Below are positions 8,202 to 16,308 of a DNA stretch of 64,000 bases, in pieces. This DNA comes from Escherichia phage vB_EcoP_G7C: the sequence record NC_015933.1, one strand, 5' to 3'. Position 1 is the first letter of the stretch. Each line of letters opens with the position of its first letter. A program made the translations under genes and the position numbers. Below the pieces are notes generated by a model. That model was not told the origin of the DNA. It was given only the letters and a program-made list of their open reading frames with translations, and did no database searches.

Positions 8202-9023
8202 ATGCCAACCTTAAAGATTGCGTTTAATAAAACAACCAACGTTGCTATCGTGCTTGATTCAGATGGTAGTGTTCCAGATGGTTTTGCGGAAGTAGGTACT
8301 TTTGTACATCCTGATGCCACTTACCCTGATAGCTTAGTTATCTATCACGGTGTACGTGACCTGTTGTATAAACGTTCTGCTGAAGACCCTGCTGAAGAAG
8401 GTTTCTGGCCTAACAGCATCGTGGATATGCAGTCGATCACTATTACCCCACAACTGACTATTGCTACCGAACTGCTTAATGAAGTCTCTGCCATCGAAGG
8501 TGAAGATATTAACTGGCATATTGATGTAGCAGGTGGTAAAGCACCTTTTACCTATAAGTGGCAATACAAAGCAGATACTGATGATGCAGTATTCACTGAT
8601 ATTGATTCTGATGACAACGAATCTGCTGCTACTGCAACATTGACCATTAGTGGTGTAACCGCTGCTTCTGCTGGTACTTATAAAGTGATTGTTACTGATG
8701 CTAATGGAACCACGGTGGAAGATACCTCACTGCTGACTGTAAGCTACCCCGAAGCAAGCTCACTGGTAGCTACCCCAGATTCACTGGAACTGTCTGTTGC
8801 TGACGATACTACTGATGGCAAGACTGTAACCATCACTGCTTTGCCTGTCGGAGCGTCTGTTGGTACTTTATCTATCAAGACTGCTCCGGATTCTGCCCGT
8901 GCTACAGCTACCATTTCTGGTAACGTACTAACAGTTAAACCAGTGGCAGAAGGTGAAGCTACTTCTGTAGTAGTTACCAACGGTACTGTCGATGTAACCA
9001 TCGCTATTACTGTTGCAGAGTAA
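8202..9023 (+). CDS. Ig-like (Big_2-type) domain protein
   Basis: Thr/Val/Ala-rich beta-strand repeats (TVTITALPVGASVGTLSIKTAP...VVVTNGTVDVTIAITV) typical of bacterial Ig-like domains. Confidence 0.5.
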   Translation: MPTLKIAFNKTTNVAIVLDSDGSVPDGFAEVGTFVHPDATYPDSLVIYHGVRDLLYKRSAEDPAEEGFWPNSIVDMQSITITPQLTIATELLNEVSAIEGEDINWHIDVAGGKAPFTYKWQYKADTDDAVFTDIDSDDNESAATATLTISGVTAASAGTYKVIVTDANGTTVEDTSLLTVSYPEASSLVATPDSLELSVADDTTDGKTVTITALPVGASVGTLSIKTAPDSARATATISGNVLTVKPVAEGEATSVVVTNGTVDVTIAITVAE

Positions 9024-9073
9024 GGGTATCCCTTATTTGGGGTTATAAACCCTGAAAGGAATCCCTCTAGTTT

Positions 9074-9103
9074 GACCTCCCTATTGAAGGGAGGTCTTTT
9101 TTT
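9074..9103 (+). terminator. Intrinsic terminator
   Basis: GACCTCCC-TATTGAA-GGGAGGTC then TTTTTTT. Confidence 0.65.
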
Positions 9104-9128
9104 GACTTAAACAAACCGGAGCCAGGAA

Positions 9129-9317
9129 ATGTATAAAGAGATTGCATTCTTCTCGTTCTTATTAGGAGGGTTAATTGGTGCAGGAATTGTAGCTATTTCT
9201 AATACCTACTTTGGTTCTACTCCAAATTCTGTAACACAAACCCTCAAGCATGAATGTGAATTGAATATCCCTCGTAACCAAAACTGTGTAATGCAGTTCG
9301 TACCGGAGAAGAAATGA
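9129..9317 (+). CDS. Small membrane protein (62 aa)
   Basis: Hydrophobic N-terminal helix; co-oriented. Confidence 0.4.
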   Translation: MYKEIAFFSFLLGGLIGAGIVAISNTYFGSTPNSVTQTLKHECELNIPRNQNCVMQFVPEKK

Positions 9318-9499
9318 AACTAACCCAGTCCCAAGCAATTTTCCTTCGCATGGTTCAAGGTGGTTCTGCCACCAGCAACCGTAATAACAAAACCGCACAG
9401 TCTCTTAAGAAGCTGGGCTTAGTACAGTTCAATGCTGGTCTTGGGTGGTCATTAACCCCTACCGGTGTACTTCAACTCAACGAATTAAAAGGTAACTAA
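9314..9499 (+). CDS. Hypothetical protein (61 aa)
   Basis: Start overlaps upstream stop. Confidence 0.4.
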   Translation: MKLTQSQAIFLRMVQGGSATSNRNNKTAQSLKKLGLVQFNAGLGWSLTPTGVLQLNELKGN

Positions 9500-9826
9500 A
9501 TGAAAACTTTAATTGCTGTTGTTCTAGTAGCTCTATCAGTTCTGTCATTCGGTGCTCAAGCATCTAGTCGTGCAACCTTGTTGGAATCTGCTGCTGATTA
9601 CAAAGCTAATAATGCAAACTTTGTGAATCAAGGTTACTTCATGGGCATGGTTACTATGGGTGTGGAAGCAGGAAAGAATTGTGTACCTGACGGTATAAAA
9701 TTAGGGCACATTTTTGACAGAGTGGCATCTATTATTCTGTATGACCGAAAGGTTAATGCAGTAAAAGTACCATCAGACATGGTTCTGTTAGCGATTAATA
9801 CAGCCTATCCCTGCGTTAAATCTTAA
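9500..9826 (+). CDS. Secreted/periplasmic two-cysteine protein (108 aa)
   Basis: Signal peptide MKTLIAVVLVALSVLSFGAQAS; two Cys in the mature part. Confidence 0.5.
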   Translation: MKTLIAVVLVALSVLSFGAQASSRATLLESAADYKANNANFVNQGYFMGMVTMGVEAGKNCVPDGIKLGHIFDRVASIILYDRKVNAVKVPSDMVLLAINTAYPCVKS

Positions 9827-9860
9827 TTAGTAATTCCATTAACTTTAGGAGAGTAAGTAA

Positions 9861-10913
9861 ATGGCGAGCATTGACTCCTTGACTGTATGTAATACACGCC
9901 AAGCCCGTAACTTTATTATCCGTGCCTTGCAAGCAGGTAACGTACCGTTCCTGACTTCATCACCAGGTATGGGTAAGTCTGCAATTATTCGTTCTATTGC
10001 AGAAGAATTTGGTATGAAGCTGATTGACCATCGTCTGTCTACTTCTGCCCCGGAAGACTTATCTGGTCTACCATTCCGTAATGGTGACCGTGCAGAGTTT
10101 ATTCCATTTGCTGACTTATTCCCTATCGAGGGTGACAAAGTACCGGATGGTTATAATGGCTGGCTCCTGTTCCTTGATGAGTTCAACTCAGCTAAGAAAG
10201 AAGTAGTGGCTGCTGCATACAAACTAATTCTCGACCGCATGACCGGACAGAAAAAACTTCACCCTAATGTGATGATTATCTGTGCCGGTAACAAAGCTAC
10301 TGACCGAGCCATAGTTAACCCACTGGGTACTGCAATGCAGTCTCGTGTTGTCCACTTCGAAATGGAACTCGACTTCGACATCTTTGTTGAAGACGTAATG
10401 ATTCCACAAGAATGGGATGAGCGTCTGGTTGCATTCTTACATGCTAACCCTGGTTATCTGCATGACTTCGACCCCGCACATAAGAATAAAACATTCTGTT
10501 GCCCACGTACCTGGGACTTTGTTAACAAAGACCTCAAGAACCGACCAGAAGGTGCTTTGCCTGATGAAGATTCTATCTACTATGCAGGCCACGTTACTGC
10601 TGGTAAAGCTACAGAGTTTGTTCAGTTCACTCAGGTATACAATCGTATGATTACGATTGAGAAGGTAGTAAAAGACCCGTTAGGCTGTGCACTACCGGAA
10701 GATAATAACCTGTGTTGGGCTACTGTTAACCATCTGGCTAACAAAACTACTGAAGATAACTTCGCTGATGTTCTTCAGTACATTGAACGCTTTAAAACGT
10801 TCACCCATAAGATTCTGTACTTCCGTACAGTAGGAAAAGCATTACCAGAAATTCAGGCTACCCCTGAATGGCGTAAGGCTGCTGCCAATATCTCTCGTTA
10901 CATTCACGGATAA
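9861..10913 (+). CDS. AAA+ ATPase, MoxR-like
   Basis: Walker A SPGMGKSA; Walker B LLFLDEFN; followed (after an HNH gene) by a VWA-type partner. Confidence 0.7.
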   Translation: MASIDSLTVCNTRQARNFIIRALQAGNVPFLTSSPGMGKSAIIRSIAEEFGMKLIDHRLSTSAPEDLSGLPFRNGDRAEFIPFADLFPIEGDKVPDGYNGWLLFLDEFNSAKKEVVAAAYKLILDRMTGQKKLHPNVMIICAGNKATDRAIVNPLGTAMQSRVVHFEMELDFDIFVEDVMIPQEWDERLVAFLHANPGYLHDFDPAHKNKTFCCPRTWDFVNKDLKNRPEGALPDEDSIYYAGHVTAGKATEFVQFTQVYNRMITIEKVVKDPLGCALPEDNNLCWATVNHLANKTTEDNFADVLQYIERFKTFTHKILYFRTVGKALPEIQATPEWRKAAANISRYIHG

Positions 10914-10916
10914 ACT

Positions 10917-11393
10917 ATGAACTGGCATGAACTATTTGTTTATAGCAATGGTTCCCTTTACTGGAAAGTAAGTAGGGGCTGCGTAAAAGCAGGTGCCATT
11001 GCTGGTTGTTTGGATAACAGCGGGTATTTGCGTGTTAAATGTAATAGAAAAAATCATTTAGTTCACCGCATAATTTATGAAATGGAAATTGGTCCAATTC
11101 CTGATGGTATGCAGGTAGACCATATTGACCACAATAGGCTAAATAATTACCCAAGTAATTTCCGTTTAGTAACAAACATGGTTAATAGTAAAAACCAAAC
11201 CATGAGAGTAACAAATACATCAGGTGTGACAGGAGTATACTGGCACACTCGGGATAAAATTTGGACTGCCCATATAAATGACAATGGTAAACAAATTTAC
11301 TTAGGAAAATTTAACAGTAAACAAGAAGCCATTTCAGCCAGAAAGGAAGCAGAAAAATTATTGGGCTACCATATAAATCATGGGGAACCCTAA
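10917..11393 (+). CDS. HNH homing endonuclease with AP2 domain (paralog 2)
   Basis: VDHIDHNRLNNYPSNFRLV HNH core; NTSGVTGVYW...WTAHI AP2-like. Confidence 0.7.
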   Translation: MNWHELFVYSNGSLYWKVSRGCVKAGAIAGCLDNSGYLRVKCNRKNHLVHRIIYEMEIGPIPDGMQVDHIDHNRLNNYPSNFRLVTNMVNSKNQTMRVTNTSGVTGVYWHTRDKIWTAHINDNGKQIYLGKFNSKQEAISARKEAEKLLGYHINHGEP

Positions 11394-12568
11394 TGAATAG
11401 TATACCTACGCATACTCTCACTGATGAACGGTTAATGAGGGAGTACGATAGAATACAAGCGCAGGCATTTCTCGGACGTAGTGCAGCGTTTTTTGGTTCA
11501 TTGCTGTGTAGTCTTAAGTTCTCATGGAAACGTGAGGGCTGTCCCACTGCATGTACCGACGGGATAGAACTCCATTTCAACCCAGACTTCTTTATCTGGA
11601 TGTGTCCTGATGCAAGGGAAACAGTGCTAATGCACGAACTTTGGCATGTGGCATATCTGCATGGAATCCGTTGTGGAAGCCGTGATCCAGAAGTCTGGAA
11701 CCAGGCATGTGACCACTTCATTAACCTTCAGTTAGAGGAAGATGGTTACAAGTTCACTGGTATCGACAAAGGCATTTGCAAAGACCCTCAATATAAAGGA
11801 TGGGTCGAAGAAGACATCTACGATGACCTGATGAAGAACCCTCAGAAAAGGCAGAAGCCGTCGGGGGGAGCTGGAGCAGGTCTTGCTGGCGACATGAAAG
11901 CTCCCTCTTCGGGGCAGTCCCAGGGTGCTGTTGTCAACAACGTAGTACGTGCAATACAAAGCCAGAAGATGGCTGGTGGAACGATGCCCGGTAAAGGTGC
12001 TGGTCGTATGGAAGAGGTTATTACCCAATTCCTTAAACCAGTGGTTCCGTGGCAGGAAGTCCTGATGAACTTCTTTACCGACATTGATGATACGCATTAT
12101 ACGTGGGCCAGACCCAACCGTCGTTTCACTGACGTCTATCTACCTTCTCTGGAAGATGATGAAGGACGTTTACGACACTTAGCCTATTTTGAGGATGTAT
12201 CCGGTTCTATTAGTAGTGCTGACTCTCTGCGTTTTAACTCAGAGGTTGCCTACGTTAAGAGCCAGTTCAATCCTAAGAAGATGACCCTAATTACCTTCGA
12301 CGATATTATCCAAGAAGAAATAGACATCACTGAAGAAGATACTTTTGAAGAGATTAAGATTACTGGACGAGGGGGTACAAACCTTGAACCAGTGCGTGAA
12401 TGGATTATTAAGAATAAGCCAACCGCTGCAATCATATTCTCTGATATGTATGTTCGCCCTATGGAAGATTTACCATTTGATATTCCTATCATCTGGTGTG
12501 TTCTGAATAATCCTAATGCTACCGTACCTTTTGGGGAGGTAGTTCATATCCCTAAAGGAATGAAATAA
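11393..12568 (+). CDS. VWA-domain / putative metallopeptidase-domain protein, partner of the MoxR-like ATPase
   Basis: HELWHVAYLH (HExxH) in N-terminal part; size and position match VWA partners of MoxR ATPases. Confidence 0.55.
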   Translation: MNSIPTHTLTDERLMREYDRIQAQAFLGRSAAFFGSLLCSLKFSWKREGCPTACTDGIELHFNPDFFIWMCPDARETVLMHELWHVAYLHGIRCGSRDPEVWNQACDHFINLQLEEDGYKFTGIDKGICKDPQYKGWVEEDIYDDLMKNPQKRQKPSGGAGAGLAGDMKAPSSGQSQGAVVNNVVRAIQSQKMAGGTMPGKGAGRMEEVITQFLKPVVPWQEVLMNFFTDIDDTHYTWARPNRRFTDVYLPSLEDDEGRLRHLAYFEDVSGSISSADSLRFNSEVAYVKSQFNPKKMTLITFDDIIQEEIDITEEDTFEEIKITGRGGTNLEPVREWIIKNKPTAAIIFSDMYVRPMEDLPFDIPIIWCVLNNPNATVPFGEVVHIPKGMK

Positions 12569-13074
12569 TGATTGTTAATGGTAATTCTCTATACCGTTCA
12601 TCTCAATTGCTGGATGTCCCAGACCGTAAGGTATCCGAGCATGGTGTAAGCTATGGATTAGGTGAAGCTGGTTATGATATTCGTATCAAACAAGACATTA
12701 CCTTCTATCGCTTATTTGGGTTAATTCCAATGGTGAAAATCGTCGATGGAAAACAAGTATCACGCCATCTCGGTAAATTCGCATTAGCTTCAGCAATTGA
12801 GAAGTTCAACATGTCACCCTCGTGTGTAGCTATCGTTCACGATAAGTCCACATGGGCAAGACGTGCATTATCTGTGTTCAATACCGTAATAGAACCAGGA
12901 TGGAAAGGGTATCTTACCCTTGAACTGGTCTATCACGGTCGTAAGAAACTGCATATCCCGGCTGGTGCTGGGATAGCTCAAGTATTATTTCATCTGGTTC
13001 AAGAGCCTGCTAATTACAACGGCAAGTATCAGAATCAGGAGGACAAACCAGTAGCTGCAAGAAGCAGTAAATAA
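12568..13074 (+). CDS. dcd: dCTP deaminase (dUTPase fold)
   Basis: IEPGWKGYLTLEL and YNGKYQNQ align with E. coli Dcd IDPGWSGCIVLEF and YRNQQG. Confidence 0.7.
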   Translation: MIVNGNSLYRSSQLLDVPDRKVSEHGVSYGLGEAGYDIRIKQDITFYRLFGLIPMVKIVDGKQVSRHLGKFALASAIEKFNMSPSCVAIVHDKSTWARRALSVFNTVIEPGWKGYLTLELVYHGRKKLHIPAGAGIAQVLFHLVQEPANYNGKYQNQEDKPVAARSSK

Positions 13075-13083
13075 GGAAACAAC

Positions 13084-13284
13084 ATGTCTGTATTTCAAGT
13101 AACTCCTGTTGATAGTACCCAACGTAAAACTATTGTTGCAACTAATGTAGTAGATGTAGATGAAACCCCAGCTGGTGCTGTAATCCATCTGATTGATGGG
13201 CGAACTGTAACTGTAAAAGAAAGCTATCGTTCAGTACGTGGTTACGTCCGTAAAGCTTTAGCTGCTGTCTCTGATGCAGAGTAA
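13084..13284 (+). CDS. Hypothetical protein (66 aa)
   Basis: ORF with GGAAAC-type RBS. Confidence 0.45.
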   Translation: MSVFQVTPVDSTQRKTIVATNVVDVDETPAGAVIHLIDGRTVTVKESYRSVRGYVRKALAAVSDAE

Positions 13285-13357
13285 GTAGCTGCCTAAATAG
13301 CCCAACTATGCTGGGCTATTTGTGAAGAAACTAACTCAACCTCACATAGGAACCATC

Positions 13358-13618
13358 ATGGAATCTTTAGCAGCAATCCTCGTTCTGTTATTTGCACTTG
13401 CTATATACCTTATCCCTACTATTATTGCTTTTGCACGAGGCCATGCCTCTAAGTGGGGCATTGGTATACTCAATATCGTATTAGGCTGGTCTTTAGTCTT
13501 CTGGGTAGTAGCACTGATTTGGTCACTGTCTAACAAAGGGCAGTCTCAGACTACAATCGTTAACGTTGGCAGTGGTAACCAGTACAACGTGTCTCAAACG
13601 AGCCAGTCTGATAAGTAA
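13358..13618 (+). CDS. Superinfection-immunity-like small membrane protein (86 aa from internal ATG; track 13322..13618)
   Basis: Two TM helices with GWSLVFWVVALIWSL resembling the Imm_superinfect motif; AGGAA RBS before ATG 13358. Confidence 0.45.
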   Translation: MESLAAILVLLFALAIYLIPTIIAFARGHASKWGIGILNIVLGWSLVFWVVALIWSLSNKGQSQTTIVNVGSGNQYNVSQTSQSDK

Positions 13619-13692
13619 CTAACCTAAGCATCATTGTATAGTGGTGCTTGTGGAAGTTGCTTCCAGCTCATTACTTATCCATCTCCTAATCC

Positions 13693-13721
13693 AAGCCCAC
13701 CTAACCCGTGGGCTTTTTTTA
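13693..13721 (+). terminator. Intrinsic terminator
   Basis: AGCCCAC-loop-GTGGGCT then TTTTTTT. Confidence 0.6.
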
Positions 13722-13741
13722 ATTATAGGTAGTAAATACTA

Positions 13742-14185
13742 ATGCGTATCCCATTCCTAAGAAAAAGGGAACGGAATCCTGTTCTTTATAATAAAGGCAT
13801 AGAGGATGAGTATGAACTCAACCGTAAGGCCCGTTCCTACGCAGCAAAATTATTCATGGGGACTAGCAACCCTAATAGATTACTGGACTTTGTTTTCGAA
13901 CAAGTCTTTATCATATACAGCTTAGCTATGTCTGCTGGTTCACAAGAAGTAAGTGATAAGGCAAGATATGCTCTCTGTATGCTCCGGAAAGAGTATGAAG
14001 CCCTCCTGTATGAAGACTTGTACTCCTTTAAGAAAGAAACCGCTGTAGCGTGTTCTGTGGCTCTTACTGAAGGTATAGCAGTATTACAAGAACTACCTCG
14101 TAGTGAGTTTAAGCTGGTATATGCCCAGGCCAGGAGAATTACAGAAAACCGAAGTGGTATTACCAACTATCTAAGGTCATTCTAA
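13742..14185 (+). CDS. Hypothetical protein (147 aa)
   Basis: ORF co-oriented, immediately upstream of thyX. Confidence 0.45.
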   Translation: MRIPFLRKRERNPVLYNKGIEDEYELNRKARSYAAKLFMGTSNPNRLLDFVFEQVFIIYSLAMSAGSQEVSDKARYALCMLRKEYEALLYEDLYSFKKETAVACSVALTEGIAVLQELPRSEFKLVYAQARRITENRSGITNYLRSF

Positions 14186-15129
14186 TGATTAAGGCAACTG
14201 TCATTGCAGATTCCGTTCATCATGTAACGGGTACTCGTATTACTACCTTTGAATTGGTTTATCCTCGATTCATTCACAGTGAGTTTATGACCCACCGTGT
14301 ATTCAACCGAAATGCTTCAAGTAGTCGTGCTATCCCTACTTCTAAGTTCATAGAACAGGTTCGTAATGAACCAGTGATGCCAAGTCACTGGGGCAAGAAC
14401 CAGAAAGGTATGCAGGCATTTGAAGAATTGTCTGAAGACCAACGTAGTGATGCAACCTTTATCTGGGAACAGGCTGCATCCAGTGCTGCTACCTATGCAG
14501 AAATGCTTCGTCGTGGACAAGTACATAAGCAGATTGTTAACCGTATTCTGGAACCATTTACGCATATCCGTGTAGTGGTAACTTCAACTAGCTGGGCTAA
14601 TTTCTATGGCTTACGTGACCATGAAGATGCTCAACCAGAGATTCGTGAACTGGCTCAAGCAATGCGTAAGGCTCATAATGAAAGTGTTCCATCTAAGCTG
14701 TCCCAAGGTGTGTGGCATCTGCCTTATATTCGCAAGATTGATTGTATTAACGCTTACGATCATTGCAAACATCAACGAGTTACTTGTGATAAACCAAGTG
14801 ATGAAGAAGTTTTAGGCTTACTGCTTAAAGTCTCTGCTGCTCGCTGTGCACGTGCCTCCTATAACAACTTTGAAGGCAAGCCATCTACTATTAGTGATGA
14901 CCTTGCCCTCTTTGCTAAGTTGGTAGAGAAACAACCAATTCATGCGTCACCTACTGAGCATCAAGCTACCCCGATGGACTTCAGTACCAAGTTTGTTAAC
15001 AACCAGAACCCATTAACCTGGGAACAAGGTGTTACCTCTATGGACCGTGAAGGTAAGCTGTACTCAGGCAACTTACTGGATTTCATCCAATTCCGTAAAC
15101 TAATACCCGGAGAAACAATTACAGAATGA
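14185..15129 (+). CDS. thyX: Flavin-dependent thymidylate synthase ThyX
   Basis: ThyX signature RHRx7-8S present as THRVFNRNASSSRAIP. Confidence 0.85.
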   Translation: MIKATVIADSVHHVTGTRITTFELVYPRFIHSEFMTHRVFNRNASSSRAIPTSKFIEQVRNEPVMPSHWGKNQKGMQAFEELSEDQRSDATFIWEQAASSAATYAEMLRRGQVHKQIVNRILEPFTHIRVVVTSTSWANFYGLRDHEDAQPEIRELAQAMRKAHNESVPSKLSQGVWHLPYIRKIDCINAYDHCKHQRVTCDKPSDEEVLGLLLKVSAARCARASYNNFEGKPSTISDDLALFAKLVEKQPIHASPTEHQATPMDFSTKFVNNQNPLTWEQGVTSMDREGKLYSGNLLDFIQFRKLIPGETITE

Positions 15130-15362
15130 AACGTTTAGCTATCCAAGCTCTATTTATAAGTATCATCCTGGTTCTGGAATTTGTATTTGCACTACATGGT
15201 GCACAGAGCCTGGAAGAGATGTTCTTCGTAGTAGCCCGTTTCTCTGCGTGTGTTCTTGGCTTGTGGTGTGTGTATTACTATGCACGAGATTACGCAGCCA
15301 TTAAGGAACATGATGATGCTAAGGAACGTCTACGACAATTCGTAGAAGAGAATCGTAAGTAA
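15126..15362 (+). CDS. Small membrane protein (78 aa)
   Basis: Two hydrophobic helices; start overlaps thyX stop. Confidence 0.45.
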   Translation: MKRLAIQALFISIILVLEFVFALHGAQSLEEMFFVVARFSACVLGLWCVYYYARDYAAIKEHDDAKERLRQFVEENRK

Positions 15363-15367
15363 ACCTA

Positions 15368-15394
15368 AGACCTCCTCCGGGAGGTCTTTTTTTG
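15368..15394 (+). terminator. Intrinsic terminator
   Basis: GACCTCC-TCCG-GGAGGTC then TTTTTTT; same stem as terminator at 9074. Confidence 0.65.
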
Positions 15395-15421
15395 GTTTCA
15401 ATTACTGTCCCAGGAGGACTT

Positions 15422-15646
15422 ATGGCAAGTTGGTACGCAACTATGTTGGAGAAAGATTCCAATGGACTATGCAGGGAATCCGTCGGTAGTTTTAAAAACA
15501 TCTGTATAGATGGGCGTTTATGCATGATTAACGCAATAGATATTGCAGAAGAAACCCTGTCTAAAGAGTCAGGTTATGCAGGGTTTAAGCTGGAAAAACT
15601 TAATAGAGCCTGGGATTACAGAAATCCTTTTATTTATAAAAATTAA
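15422..15646 (+). CDS. Hypothetical protein (74 aa from RBS-supported ATG; track 15392..15646)
   Basis: AGGAGG RBS before ATG 15422. Confidence 0.4.
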   Translation: MASWYATMLEKDSNGLCRESVGSFKNICIDGRLCMINAIDIAEETLSKESGYAGFKLEKLNRAWDYRNPFIYKN

Positions 15647-15655
15647 GGAAACAGT

Positions 15656-15868
15656 ATGCCTGCTAAATACCGTATCAAAGACACTCCACTAATGTGTGAG
15701 GGTGAGAAGGGTGACATTGTATATGCCTGTATACAGGATGATTTCAATGCTGCTCTGATGTTAACCCAAATGACAAATACACTGCATGTATCAGTAACAC
15801 TGGACCCTACCGGGGACTATCCATGCTTCCCTATCCCTGCTCATAACCTGGAGCAAATCCGTGATTAA
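15656..15868 (+). CDS. Hypothetical protein (70 aa)
   Basis: AAGGAAAC RBS. Confidence 0.45.
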   Translation: MPAKYRIKDTPLMCEGEKGDIVYACIQDDFNAALMLTQMTNTLHVSVTLDPTGDYPCFPIPAHNLEQIRD

Positions 15869-16175
15869 TCCTGAAGTTATTCATAGTAAAACTGGTAAGG
15901 CTGTACCACTTAGTGATATTGCAGTTACTGGTGATATTGCTGCTTGCCCAGCTAATATCGCCTCCCTATGTATGTGCATTGCTGCACTAGCAGAAGAACG
16001 TAAATTATGGCTGGAACCAAGCAAAGAAATGGTACTGGCTGGCATGTCTGAACTGAATGCACTTCTGAAAGAAATGTATGACGAGGATGGACAATTAGTT
16101 GAGCCAACTGATGATCAGATTTCGGATGCTGTAGTATTCGTCCTTCAAGCAATGGCAGGTAAACGCAATGATTGA
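15861..16175 (+). CDS. Hypothetical protein (104 aa)
   Basis: Start overlaps upstream stop. Confidence 0.45.
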   Translation: MINPEVIHSKTGKAVPLSDIAVTGDIAACPANIASLCMCIAALAEERKLWLEPSKEMVLAGMSELNALLKEMYDEDGQLVEPTDDQISDAVVFVLQAMAGKRND

Positions 16176-16308
16176 AGTATTCATCTATTTCATGGCTCTA
16201 CCCTACATACTTAATGAGTTATTGGGTACATACGGTACAGCCGTAGGCATTTCTGTAGTTGTATTCAGTCTTTTCCTATAAGCAACATTTAAACTGGAGA
16301 GTAAATAA

